Source: Rhodobacterales bacterium (lineage in GTDB: Bacteria; Pseudomonadota; Alphaproteobacteria; Rhodobacterales; CAZPXZ01). Taken from it: a stretch of 64,000 nucleotides of DNA. Where the stretch lies: contig OZ244777.1 of the NCBI GenBank assembly GCA_965219495.1, forward strand, positions 302,940 through 366,939, in the 5' to 3' direction. Positions 19,118 to 28,927 of the stretch are shown in pieces; position 1 is the stretch's first letter, and each line of letters starts with the position of its first letter. The position numbers and the translations under genes are program-made. The notes beneath the pieces were generated by a model. That model had not been told where the DNA came from. It was given only the letters and a program-made list of their open reading frames with translations, and did no database searches.

Positions 19118-19924
19118 TCACCGGCCCAGGAGATATCCACTGTCCACCACCAAAAACTCCCCCGCAGTCTGAGTTGCATCGATTGCCAGATAAACAATCG
19201 CCTTGGCAACGTCTTCCGGGCTGACCACGCTGCCCAGTGCCACAGTCTTTTTGTATTCAGTTTTCATGGCTTCAAATTCTGCTTCAGTATGTTCGGCGAG
19301 AAACCATTCGGTATCAAGTAGTCCTGGTAGCACCGCGTTGACCCGGATTTCCGGCGCCATCAGCCGGGCGAGGGCCTTCGTCATTGCATTGAGCGCACCC
19401 TTGGAAGCGATATAAGCCAAGGAACTACCACCACCAACTTTCGCTCCTAACGATGACACGTTGACAATAGATCCCCGACCGCTTTTTCGCAAAAAGGGCT
19501 CTGCTGCGCGCGCAAGTTGGAAGGGTCCCAATACATTGACATCGTAGATGCGATGAAAATCTTCAGAATTCTGGGCAGCAAAATCGCTCAAAACTGTAAA
19601 CTGTGTATATGCCGCGCTGCAAATCAAGGAGTCCATTTGCCCCCATTTTTCCAATACGGCGTCGACCATATTGCGGCAATCGGAATCCTTGGATACGTCA
19701 CCCGCGACCGACATCGAATCGCCAGCAAACGTTGTGCACTCTGCAGCCACCACCTTTGCTGCTTCTTCGCGGCTTCGGTAGTTGACTGCTACCCTGATTC
19801 CTCGCGATGCCATAAGGCGTGCAGTTGCTGCACCAACACCAGAAGCACCACCTGTTACAAGTGCGACCGGCTTTTCCGTTTGCATCATTTGAGCTTTCAA
19901 TCTGGATTCGACTCCAAATAGCAT
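19118..19924 (-). CDS. SDR family oxidoreductase
   Basis: ALVTGGASGVGAA, SSLGAKVG...YIASKGAL (YxxxK). The start may be the internal ATG at 19888. Confidence 0.85.
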   Translation of the reverse strand: MLFGVESRLKAQMMQTEKPVALVTGGASGVGAATARLMASRGIRVAVNYRSREEAAKVVAAECTTFAGDSMSVAGDVSKDSDCRNMVDAVLEKWGQMDSLICSAAYTQFTVLSDFAAQNSEDFHRIYDVNVLGPFQLARAAEPFLRKSGRGSIVNVSSLGAKVGGGSSLAYIASKGALNAMTKALARLMAPEIRVNAVLPGLLDTEWFLAEHTEAEFEAMKTEYKKTVALGSVVSPEDVAKAIVYLAIDATQTAGEFLVVDSGYLLGR

Positions 19925-19945
19925 ATTGGCACAGCGGAGCGTGAG

Positions 19946-20182
19946 CTACTCCCCATTTGCTGGACAGATTTGATGGCCATTTAAGGTACAAGTCATGTCT
20001 GCCAGACAGGTTGCTTCTGATCGTTGGAAGTCCGGTAAACCGCACAGGGCGTCCGTCCGCGAAGAGCGGAATGCGGCCGGTGTCGATCGTGGAATGTAGT
20101 CACTGCCGATGCCGGCTCGCGCCTCACGCCCGCCGCTCCGTGCATGCAGATGGATGCACTCATATTTGAGCGGGCGCGGCAA
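19946..20182 (-). pseudogene. IS3-type integrase-core C-terminal fragment
   Basis: PRPLKYECIHLHA...REARAGIGSDYI resembles the (R)SLKYE.VYLHA...AR..I..YI end of IS3-family OrfB. It decays afterwards. Confidence 0.45.
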
Positions 20183-20608
20183 CCGTTTGCGAAGTTTCTG
20201 TCCCGTTCCTGAATGTGTGCGTCGGTGAAATGCCTAGAGTGTCAGTCGAAATGGACCCTGAATTGACCCTGCGGATACTCGTCTTCATCTGCGTCACGGT
20301 CTGACGGATCGCTTACGTCCGTTTTCAGGTACTACCGATGGGTATCCCTTGAGGACACGCATGGATGCGCGGGACTTGGAAATAAAGTGGTGCCTATACG
20401 GTACCTGGCCAATAATCAAGGTTTTTCATGGCAACAAATAATCAATTGATAATACAAGGAAGATTTGGTTGCGGGGGCTCGCAACCACCGAGACCGACAT
20501 TCGGTGATCATCTCGATCTGATCCGTTGCAACCTTCTGTATTTGCAGAAGGATTCGCGACGTGACGCCGTATTGTTCGCCAATGTCCCCTGGGAATCAAG
20601 AGGCGGCA

Positions 20609-21160
20609 TCATGGGCTTGGCGACGACATACGTGCGATAGCCGCTGCTGCCCAGCCCGGAAGACGCTCCGCGGTCCACCATGCCGCTCTCTTGAACACCG
20701 CTACTTCGCGGTGGGGGCGGTCAGGGTTCGTGTTGTCGTAGAGACGCGTCTCATGCGCCCGCGCGATCGCGGCCGGCAAGTTGGCCCGCGACCGGGAGAA
20801 GCGCCGCAGCGCGTCCTGTTCCGGGACATCGTGGCCGCCCGACGCGACACGGGTACGGATGCGGTCGAGCGCCAGGTCGGGCGAATCCACGGACACGTAG
20901 TGCAGTTCGATCCGGTCGCCGTCTGCTCGCGCTTCGTCCATGTGGCGGAGAACGCCGGAACCGGCCAGGGTGGTTTCCACCAGATGCGTCCGGCCCGCGC
21001 GGAGCGCCGCCCGCCGCCGCAGAGCTTCGCGCGCTGCCTGTCCCGGGTTGTCGGACATGCGGCGCGCAATCGCGTCGGGGTCGATGATGTCCAGCCCGCT
21101 GAGCCACGTGGTACGCGTCAGTGTGGACTTGCCGCACCCGTTCGGGCCGGCCACGACCAT
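20609..21160 (-). CDS. Zeta-toxin family P-loop kinase (putative TA toxin)
   Basis: VVAGPNGCGKSTL Walker A at the N-terminus, about 180 aa, with zeta/AAA_33-like layout. Confidence 0.7.
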   Translation of the reverse strand: MVVAGPNGCGKSTLTRTTWLSGLDIIDPDAIARRMSDNPGQAAREALRRRAALRAGRTHLVETTLAGSGVLRHMDEARADGDRIELHYVSVDSPDLALDRIRTRVASGGHDVPEQDALRRFSRSRANLPAAIARAHETRLYDNTNPDRPHREVAVFKRAAWWTAERLPGWAAAAIARMSSPSP

Positions 21161-21197
21161 GAAGCGTGGGCATGGCGGGAAGTGCCGCCCGGCCGGA

Positions 21198-21398
21198 TCA
21201 GGCGGACTTTCGGTCGGGCCGCGGGATTACCCTGTCTCCGTCTTTCGTCCGCGCGATGTAGGCGCCGTCCGAGCGGACGCCGTAAAGCGTCGCTCCGGCC
21301 TCGACCTGGGCTGCGAGGTCCGCCTTGATCTGGTCGCGCCAGTCCTTCGGACGGCCGGGCTTCTCCGGTGGCGCTGCAGTTTCCTTGTGCTTCCCCAT
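21198..21398 (-). CDS. Small protein upstream of the zeta-like gene (putative antitoxin)
   Basis: 66 codons from ATG 21398. Its stop is 38 nt before the toxin start. The call rests on position only. Confidence 0.35.
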   Translation of the reverse strand: MGKHKETAAPPEKPGRPKDWRDQIKADLAAQVEAGATLYGVRSDGAYIARTKDGDRVIPRPDRKSA

Positions 21399-21772
21399 GC
21401 CGCCGACCTTACTTCCGATGTCCGCCGCATTCAACGCGCCATCGCGGGGTTGCCGCGATGGTAGCTGTTGTTTCTCAGAGTCTTTCGCCAGTAGCAGGTG
21501 CGTTTGTACCGGACTATTTCGGACACGGATTGGAGTGGGCACGGAATAATCCGGCACGGGATTGGTGGACTTCTTTTCCCGGCGGGCTGCGTTCCGAGCG
21601 GGGGGATTCCGAGTAGGCCGGACGCGGTTTGTTGCGCTGGGCGTCCGGCAGGCGCGGCGATGTTTTTTCCATGCAGAGGGTCGGCCCGCGCGATGGCAGT
21701 CGCCGGACCGTGGGCAGCTGTTGCAATTTCGCCATGAGATCGACTTGACCGCCGAAGACTACGTTATCAGGC

Positions 21773-22819
21773 AAGCTTGGCGAGAAGCAAGTCGGCCGCT
21801 GTGCCTGCGAGGTTGCCGAACGCGACAGGCTGGCTCTGCGCCGCTGGGAACAGGAGCTGGAACACTGTCGCTATGAGGCGCGGCTTGCGGAACGCCGTTA
21901 TCGGCAGGTTGATCCCGACAACCGGCTGATCGCCGCCACCCTCGAGCGGGATTGGGAAAAGGCGCTGATCGCCCTGAAGGAGGCGGAAGACGCCCTCGAG
22001 GCGGCACGGGCCCGGCAGCCGCAACCGCCGCCGCTGGAGTTGTTCACGGAACTCGGCGCGTCTCTCACGCGGGTGTGGGAGGCGCCGTCAACGACCATGG
22101 TCGACCGCAAGCGCCTGCTGAGTTGCCTTGTTGAAGAAGTCGTGCTCCAGATCGACCGCGAGGTCCGGCAGGTCATCGCAGTCGTATACTGGCGTGGCGG
22201 ACGGCTTGACGAGATCACCTTGCCGTTGCTTGTCCAGCCTCCGCAGCCGAGCCGCGACGACAGGAGCACGGTCAAGCTGGCGCGCAACCTGTCGCGCTTC
22301 TACGCAGACAAGGAGACCGCCCGCATCCTCAATCGCCAGGGCCGGCGAACGGCCCGGGGTCTGGCCTTTTCCGCCGAACTGGTGAGAGCGCTGCGCCAAC
22401 GTCACGATATTCCCGCTCACGTCCAGGACAAGGCCGGCGATGGCGATCCGGCCGAACTTCTGAGCATTGCCGAGGCAGCCCGGGTGCTCGGTGTTCATGC
22501 GGGGACGCTGTACCGCTGGATCCACGCCGGTCTGGTCCCGGTGGCACAGCCTGATATCGGCGGCGCGCCGTTGCGCGTGCGGATGACGGCAGATCTGCGT
22601 GCACGCTTCTGCGCGGCGCCTCCGGAGGGGTTCGTGCCGGTCGCGGTCGCGATGACGCGCCTTGGGGTCTCGCGCCAGACCATCTGGCACCGCGTCAGGT
22701 CGGATGTCCTTGCAACCTGCCATGTAACCCATGGGAAGGCGCGCGGGCTTTACGTCCGGTTGCCCGACGAGGCCGATCTACCCCTGCTGCAGGCGCTTTC
22801 AGAGGACACGGCGCAATGA
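21773..22819 (+). pseudogene. Large serine recombinase, C-terminal part only (coiled-coil plus two HTH_17-like motifs)
   Basis: LEHCRYEARLAERRYRQVDPDNRLIAATLERDWEKAL is the typical coiled-coil region. It is followed by SIAEAARVLGVHAGTLYRWI and AMTRLGVSRQTIWHRV. The catalytic N-terminal domain is absent. Confidence 0.7.
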
Positions 22820-23035
22820 AGCCGCAACGACCTGGCTCCACGCCACTTGGGGCGGTCGCCCCGGGCTCTCATCTGCCGCCTCAGGCACTCACGCCGACAG
22901 CCGGGTTGGCCGACAACGGCTCATTCGCACCTTGTAAAGCTGAGGACCAAGCATTGACAAATCATAGAGAAACAAACAACTTCAACAAGTTGGAACCCAC
23001 CGACCAGAGCGAACTACCGAGTAGCAGTTTATTGC

Positions 23036-23470
23036 TTAAGTCTCGGCCAGAAGCAGCGGATGGCCGTGCCCAGCCTCCCAGTCGGCGCCGAGCCGCCGCG
23101 TCATCGCCGCCAGCGCGAAGGTGGCGAGATTCGGAAACGCGCCGGGCGCGCCAAGGACGAGGAAGCGGGTGTTGTTCGCGATCAGGTGAAGCCGGGAGAA
23201 CTGCTCCGCCCGCCTCCAGCCGATCCAGCGGTCGCGCGGCCGGCACTTGAAGGCGCCGGACTGCCAGCCGGCGAGGCCGACCCAGCGCCCCTTCCACTCG
23301 AACACGTAGCGGAGGCCGCGCCCGGCGAATCGCTTGAAGCCGAGATAGTGGTGCCGGTCCGCGAGCGCGTCCCAGCGGCGGCGCTCGTGCGGCTCGGCGA
23401 GGCGCACCGTCACGTCGGCGAGGCGAAAGCCCCGCGGAGTGGCGCCGAAAATGCCCGGTTCGCTGTCCAT
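23036..23470 (-). pseudogene. DUF4338 (DruA-like) domain protein, N-terminal 144 aa, truncated
   Basis: HERRRWDALADRHHYLGFKRFAGRGLRYVFEWKGRWVGLAGWQSGAFKCRPRDRWIGW...LLLAET*. The conserved ETFVD continuation is missing. Confidence 0.7.
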
Positions 23471-23641
23471 GACGCCCCGGATATCGCATTCCGGACCGGG
23501 AAGCCAGAGGAAAATCGAGGCCGTTGATAGAAAAACCGCAATTTGTCAAGTGACTTCAGCGTGGGAAAGCCCTGCCTTTGGACCCATTCCACCTTGACTG
23601 TCCCTTGCCCTATCCCTACGCTAATCTTGGCTCCATTCTTA

Positions 23642-23713
23642 AACCGTGTGTGTGCCTTCAACCGTGTGTGTGCCTTCAACCGTGTGTGTGCCTTCAACCG
23701 TGTGTGTGCCTTC
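23642..23713. repeat. Perfect tandem repeat, 4 x 18 bp (AACCGTGTGTGTGCCTTC)
   Basis: Read directly. The four units are identical and there are no spacers. Confidence 0.98.
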
Positions 23714-23735
23714 TCTAGGTGGCTGCTAGGGCGGG

Positions 23736-24040
23736 GTGCGGGCTTAGTATTACTGATCTCCGTGAGCAGCCCGTACGGGCGTTAGTCCGGCGCGGTGCGA
23801 AAGCCGCGAGCAGGCCGCACGACGTGACGTGTGGTCGGAGCAAGGTCGGGCAGCGTCTATATCGACACGAGTTCCATGGGCCCGGCGATCATTGGAAGGA
23901 TCGCGAACCAGTCTACTAAGAAAGGCGTCGAAACTGCACCGCGGAATCCCCTACGTACCGCGCAAGATCTGGGTGGTTTCGCGGGGGAGACATCTCTATA
24001 AACGGATATTGAAACCTGTCACGGAGACAGGACGACCCTA
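23736..24040 (+). other. GC-rich, hairpin-dense leader upstream of dctP; candidate group II intron 5' fragment or cis-regulatory RNA
   Basis: Begins GTGCG. Hairpins include GCCCGUACGGGC, CGCGGUGCGAAAGCCGCG and CCUGUCACGGAGACAGG. No credible ORF. Confidence 0.25.
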
Positions 24041-24055
24041 GGGAGGAATAACGAA

Positions 24056-25135
24056 ATGACAAGCAGATATTCATTGTTCGCGCGGAGTTGCCTGATGGCA
24101 CTCCCACTGGTGCTGATGACTGCTGGGCACACACTAAAAGCGCAGGAAGTCATCACGCTCAGTTTCACCACCTACGTTCCGGACATACCGTTCATGCAGA
24201 ACACCAAGGATTGGTTGGATGCGGTTGAAAAAAGGAGCGGGGGTCGTATCAAAATAGAACCCCGCACCTGGGGCGGGGCCTTGTTTGGTGCGGACGAGTT
24301 GCTGGGTGCAGCCGGCGACGGTTCGGTCGACATAGTTTGGAATTCACCCGCTTATACGCCGGCCGCTCAGCCAATCCAAACTCTCCTCAACATGCCATTC
24401 CTTACCTCCAACGTCGACTCGTCTGCAAAGGCCCAGACAATGCTCTATGAATCATGGGCCCCCGCTCGTGAGGATTTCACAAAGAATAACGTTGTTTTAC
24501 TCTTCAAGAATACATCGGGTGCAATGGGAATTGGCCTGAGCGAGCCAATCACCGGGCCCGAGGGATTGGCGGGATTGAAGCTCCGTGCCCCTGGCAAGAT
24601 ATGGGGCAGCGGAATCAGCAACGCCGGATCCGTTCCGGTACAGATGAGCGCCGTCGATATCGAGCAGTCTATGCGGGGCGGCATCATCGACGGGTTTTCC
24701 GAAATCCCAATAGGCGGTGTCGGGATTTTTTGCGGTTACTGCAAGCAGGTCGTCGATCCGCGCATTGGGCCATTCGGCATGGGTCATTTGGTGATGAACA
24801 AGGATAAATTCGACAGTCTGCCTGACGATCTGAAGGCGCTCCTCGAGGAGATGCGGTGGGAGTACATCGTTCGCACAGCGAAACACGCGCTGGAATCGGA
24901 CGCTGCGATCCACGAAGTGCTCGATAACCAGAACGTAGAGTTCCTGCGCTTCAGTGACGAGCAGTACCAGGCTTGGTACGACGCGATGAAGGTTGATGAG
25001 GTCGTCGAGGCCCAAATCAAGGACGTCGAGGCAAGAGGCGTTCCGGCGCGCGAGGCGCTCAGGCGTTTTCGTGAGCTAACGGATCAATATGACCTTGTTA
25101 CCATCCGGTTCATGTTCTCTGATCCTGTGAACTGA
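24056..25135 (+). CDS. dctP: TRAP transporter substrate-binding protein (DctP family)
   Basis: Signal peptide, about 360 aa, DctP-like sequence. Followed by small and large TRAP permeases. RBS GGGAGGA. Confidence 0.85.
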   Translation: MTSRYSLFARSCLMALPLVLMTAGHTLKAQEVITLSFTTYVPDIPFMQNTKDWLDAVEKRSGGRIKIEPRTWGGALFGADELLGAAGDGSVDIVWNSPAYTPAAQPIQTLLNMPFLTSNVDSSAKAQTMLYESWAPAREDFTKNNVVLLFKNTSGAMGIGLSEPITGPEGLAGLKLRAPGKIWGSGISNAGSVPVQMSAVDIEQSMRGGIIDGFSEIPIGGVGIFCGYCKQVVDPRIGPFGMGHLVMNKDKFDSLPDDLKALLEEMRWEYIVRTAKHALESDAAIHEVLDNQNVEFLRFSDEQYQAWYDAMKVDEVVEAQIKDVEARGVPAREALRRFRELTDQYDLVTIRFMFSDPVN

Positions 25136-25226
25136 TCGCCGTGGGCTCGCATGGTGCCCGCGGCCGATTTGCGGCCTGTGCGAGCCCTAGTGACCGGTCC
25201 GCACCAAAGCGTCTCTATTTCGCAGT

Positions 25227-25766
25227 ATGCTGATCACGCTGACGACATGGGTCGACCGCGCGAACCGCGTTTTAACCGTTATTGCCTCCAGCGTAATAGC
25301 GTTCATATGCGTTAGCACCCTCGCAGACACAGTTGGTCGGGGCCTCCGCCGTCCGATCTACGGCCTTTTCGAACTCAGTGAACTGCTTCTTGTCGCGGTC
25401 GTTTTCTTCGGTCTCGGAGCCGCGCAGTGGACGGGGAGCCATGTCGCGGTCGATGTCGTCTCACGGTCCCTATCGAGACGAGTAGGGCTCGTCCTCGAGG
25501 TTGTGACGCTGGTGCTGGCTATAGTGATAACCACTGTGTTGGCGTATGGCTCGACATTGCAGGCGCTGCGTTCATGGGCGATCCGCGAGTTCGCCGCCGG
25601 CGCTGCCGCGTTTCCGCTTTACTGGTCGAAGACGATCATACCGATCGGTTGCGCCTATCTGGGCTTTGTGCTCGCGGTACAATTGGCTGGCAGGATAAAC
25701 CACCTTCGTGGTCATCCACCTACAAAGACGTTACAAGACGAGGCCAAGCTTCCAATCGACGTTTAA
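25227..25766 (+). CDS. dctQ: TRAP transporter small permease (DctQ family)
   Basis: 179 aa with four hydrophobic spans, located between dctP and dctM. Confidence 0.8.
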   Translation: MLITLTTWVDRANRVLTVIASSVIAFICVSTLADTVGRGLRRPIYGLFELSELLLVAVVFFGLGAAQWTGSHVAVDVVSRSLSRRVGLVLEVVTLVLAIVITTVLAYGSTLQALRSWAIREFAAGAAAFPLYWSKTIIPIGCAYLGFVLAVQLAGRINHLRGHPPTKTLQDEAKLPIDV

Positions 25767-25868
25767 TACGCGTCTACGTCAATCGAAAACTGTCGTCGGG
25801 CGACGATTGCTGCGGTCTTCCATTCAACGGGCTGTCGATGCCAGGGCTAAATAGGTAAGGCGAGGCGC

Positions 25869-27167
25869 ATGGAGACTTGGCTGGTTCTCTTTTATATCCT
25901 TCTTCTAGTCTTGCTGGCCGCCAGACTGCCAATTGGTTTCGCCATGCTGCTGGTCGGCTTTCTCGGTTTTGGTTTTGTGCGGGGCTTCGACGTAGCCGCA
26001 AAGATCCTCCCGAGGATCGTTTACGAACAGACGGCGAATTACTCACTCATCATACTGCCGCTTTTCTTGCTCACCGGTGCCCTTGCCTTGAGATCCGGAG
26101 TTGCGCAAAGCGCCTTTGACCTTGCCCACCGTTGGCTTGGCCAATTTCGCGGCGGAATGGCAATCGCGACCGTGGGCGCCTGTGCCCTTTTCGGGGCCTG
26201 TACCGGCTCCAGTATCGCCACGTCGCTGACCGTGGGACGTATCAGCCTCCCCGAAATGAAGCGCTTTGGACACTCGGATGCGCTGAGCACGGGCACCATC
26301 GCGGCCGCAGGCACACTCGGCATGCTGATCCCGCCGAGCGGGATGTTAGTCTTGTATGCAATCCTCACGGAGCAATCGGTCGGCAGGCTGTTCATTGCCG
26401 GGTTGATTCCCGGTCTCCTGTCTGCCGCCATCTATATGGGCGGCATCTATGTATACGTGCTGGTCAACCCGCAAGAGGCACCGAAAATCGTTAGCTCGTT
26501 CAGTTGGCGAGAGAGATTCCAGGCCGTCTACAAGGCGTGGGGAGTATTTGCGCTGATCCTTACCATTATCGGCGGAATCTATAGCGGCATCGTCACGGTC
26601 ACGGAGGCGGCCGGCGCCGGCGCGGTGGTCGCATTCGGGATGTTGATGCTTGTGCCCGACCGATGGGCCAATATCCAACATAGTTTCTTTGAGGGAGCGC
26701 GATCAACGGCCACAATCTTCCTCCTATTGCTCGGCGCATTCGTCTTCGGCCGTTTCATAGCAATAACAGGTGTCGCCGCCAACATGGCGGAATCCATTAC
26801 AGCTTGGCCATTGGGACCTTACGGTACCCTGATTGTCATCCTCGCGTTCTACATCCCGCTTGGCATGTTTCTGGATCCGACATCCATGCTGGTGATTACG
26901 CTGCCCGTGGTGTTGCCGACCGTTTTGGCGCTTGGCTTCGATCCCATTTGGTTCGGTATCATCTTTGTCAAGATTTCCGAACTGGGGAATATAACACCAC
27001 CCATGGGGCTCCATGTTTTTGTTATTAAGGGGATCGCGCCGCCTTCCGTGCGCATCCAGGATATCTTCAAAGGATGCTCCGTCTTTATTTTATTGGATAT
27101 CTTGACGATCGGCCTACTGGTGGCCTTTCCCGGTTTGGTGATGTGGCTTCCAAACACAATGATGTGA
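25869..27167 (+). CDS. dctM: TRAP transporter large permease (DctM family)
   Basis: 432 aa, polytopic, with DctM-type motifs (GTLGMLIPPS, GIIFVKISELGNITPPMG). Confidence 0.9.
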   Translation: METWLVLFYILLLVLLAARLPIGFAMLLVGFLGFGFVRGFDVAAKILPRIVYEQTANYSLIILPLFLLTGALALRSGVAQSAFDLAHRWLGQFRGGMAIATVGACALFGACTGSSIATSLTVGRISLPEMKRFGHSDALSTGTIAAAGTLGMLIPPSGMLVLYAILTEQSVGRLFIAGLIPGLLSAAIYMGGIYVYVLVNPQEAPKIVSSFSWRERFQAVYKAWGVFALILTIIGGIYSGIVTVTEAAGAGAVVAFGMLMLVPDRWANIQHSFFEGARSTATIFLLLLGAFVFGRFIAITGVAANMAESITAWPLGPYGTLIVILAFYIPLGMFLDPTSMLVITLPVVLPTVLALGFDPIWFGIIFVKISELGNITPPMGLHVFVIKGIAPPSVRIQDIFKGCSVFILLDILTIGLLVAFPGLVMWLPNTMM

Positions 27168-27314
27168 CGAGCCCAATTTATCCCTATTTTCTCCAGGGTT
27201 TATCGGGAGGTTTCCCGGTCAAAGAAATGGGCGGTCGGGGGTAAATCTCGGAAAGTCCACGACAGCGGTGCGCCCCAGCCGGAAATCCGACAGCCTCGCG
27301 ACCGCGCGGCAACC

Positions 27315-28274
27315 TCACGCGCAAGGCACTGCGTCGGGCGACCAGCGCTGGATGATCTGCGACCGCTGATCGGCCGATAATCGCGCCCGGGCCGTCTCCC
27401 ATGATGACCGCCATTGACTGGGATCACGCAGCTCGGTGCCCGGGTTGGCGCGGCTGCGGGCGACAAAGCTCGGGAACATGGGACGACCGGTCGGTTCTCC
27501 GGTGACGCTGTAGCGAAGATCGAAACTCCAGCGGATCTCGGTGGCGGTGTCGTTGGCCAGTGACGAATGGATGGTCAGCGGATGCAGGAGGATGAGGCCG
27601 CCGGCCTTCACCGGGAGCGGCATGGCTGACAGGCCGTCCATCAAGTCATCGGGGATGCGGGCCTGCGGGTTAGGGCAGTGGAGTTTCATGTCGCCGCAAT
27701 GGCTGCCTGGGATCACCTGCAGACATCCGTTTTCGACGGTCGCATCGGTCACGGCTATCCAGACGGTGACCATGCGCGTGCGGTCGGCCTCTTCGAGCGC
27801 AACAGCGCGGTCCTGGTGCCAGTCCGTCGCGGTGATGAGAGTCCGGGTTTCCGTTTCGTGAACATGGCAGGCAGGCGGCTTGATGCGGACATGCTGGATC
27901 GGATTGGACGTGATCTCGGGTCCGATGATCGACTCCACGACGTCGAGCAGGCTGTCATCGGTCATCATCCGGAAAACTGCTTGGCCGGCATGAAACGGCG
28001 TATCCGCTTTGATCGGACCGCCGGGCAATGAAATGTCCATCGGCTGAAAGTATTCCAGGCCCGCCTGGCAAGCGGCGACGATACGCCCCTCAAACGTCGG
28101 CGGCCAGCGGTCGGCATCAAGCCGACCATCACGCACCCAGCCCGAGGCGAGTTCGTCCATGATCTGCTCGTATTCGGCGATCACGGGATCGAGAATTGTT
28201 CCCCGATCGACGAAGTTCTCGAGCACGAGATATCCGGTCTCCCAGAACCGGCGCAGGTCGGCGGATCCGATCAT
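27315..28274 (-). CDS. Phytanoyl-CoA dioxygenase (PhyH) family Fe(II)/2-oxoglutarate oxygenase
   Basis: FWETGYLVLENFV N-terminus, WHQD (HxD) and a later H in a jelly-roll context. Confidence 0.8.
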   Translation of the reverse strand: MIGSADLRRFWETGYLVLENFVDRGTILDPVIAEYEQIMDELASGWVRDGRLDADRWPPTFEGRIVAACQAGLEYFQPMDISLPGGPIKADTPFHAGQAVFRMMTDDSLLDVVESIIGPEITSNPIQHVRIKPPACHVHETETRTLITATDWHQDRAVALEEADRTRMVTVWIAVTDATVENGCLQVIPGSHCGDMKLHCPNPQARIPDDLMDGLSAMPLPVKAGGLILLHPLTIHSSLANDTATEIRWSFDLRYSVTGEPTGRPMFPSFVARSRANPGTELRDPSQWRSSWETARARLSADQRSQIIQRWSPDAVPCA

Positions 28275-28797
28275 TTACCTGCCTTCACCTCCGCCGCCAA
28301 CGTACATCGAACCCATGCCAATGCAAAACGTGTCGGCGGCGACAAGTCACGACGATGTCGAGTCGGATCGCACGTCTCGATCCGTCCAACATTCCCTCTC
28401 GCGAACGCCCACAGCCAGGCGCGGACGAAGAGGGCGATCGCGGATGCGCCAAAGACGGATGGTGCCATTGTGCCTCGCGGTACGCGCGAGCTCGCCACGA
28501 GCAAAGGCGCACCGACGGCGCTGCCGGCCAGAAAGCCGGCGACATGGCCCCCCACATCAGTGCGAACGCCGCTGAAACCAAGGAAACCCAACAGGGTATC
28601 GCCCCCGGCCAGCGGCAGCCACCGCCGCAACCCCTTCGTCCACGGTGGCGCCTGGTGTTTCAGCATCAGAACGGAAAGGATATCCGATCGCGGCGAAGAC
28701 GGCGGTTGAAGCGCCTACAGCGTGTGGTTGGCCGATTGGACGACGGCATTGAGGCCGTTGCCGATCCCTCCGGCCAAGGTGAGGAACCCGTACCCAG
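28271..28797 (-). pseudogene. Rhomboid-family intramembrane protease remnant, two frameshifts, N-terminus missing
   Basis: GYGFLTLAGGIGNGLNAVV / AVGASTAVFAAIG (GxSG) / VGGHVAGFLAGSAVG (catalytic H) lie in three different frames. The stop overlaps the PhyH start (ATGA). Confidence 0.6.
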
Positions 28798-28881
28798 GAC
28801 AGCCTTCCTCTGACAATGCCGCCGCAACCGTTCAGCCACTGCCGACCTCTCCGGAAAACAAAATTATGTTCGATAATCTTC
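28798..28881. repeat. 84-nt module homologous to 16513-16596, immediately 3' of tnpB
   Basis: About 90% identity to the 16.5-kb copy. Contains an 8-position stem, CCGGAAGA/UUUUCCGG, on the minus strand (28851-28858 with 28877-28884). Confidence 0.85.
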
Positions 28882-28895
28882 CGGGGGTCAAGTCC

Positions 28896-28927
28896 CAAAT
28901 TTGGGGGCTTATATACATAACTTGACA
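28896..28927. repeat. 32-nt inverted repeat, left copy (CAAATTTGGGGGCTTATATACATAACTTGACA)
   Basis: 29/32 identical to the reverse complement of 30309-30340. Contains the tnpB stop codon. Confidence 0.9.

Noticed and set aside
23036-23470. Druantia anti-phage system, inferred from the DruA-like DUF4338 domain.
   Set aside because: Only truncated DUF4338 fragments are present. There is no DruB-E, no DUF1998 helicase and no large ATPase anywhere in the window, and the copies are IS-linked.
23642-23713. Possible CRISPR array (short identical repeats).
   Set aside because: The units are directly adjacent with no spacers, are only 18 bp long, and no cas genes are nearby. It is a plain tandem repeat.
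28798-28881. The 84-nt shared module as the missing N-terminus of the rhomboid gene, or as a small plus-strand ORF (…KIMFDNL…).
   Set aside because: The rhomboid-compatible frame has a TGA at the same place in both copies. In the plus-strand frame 7 of 8 differences are non-synonymous. Neither frame behaves like coding sequence.
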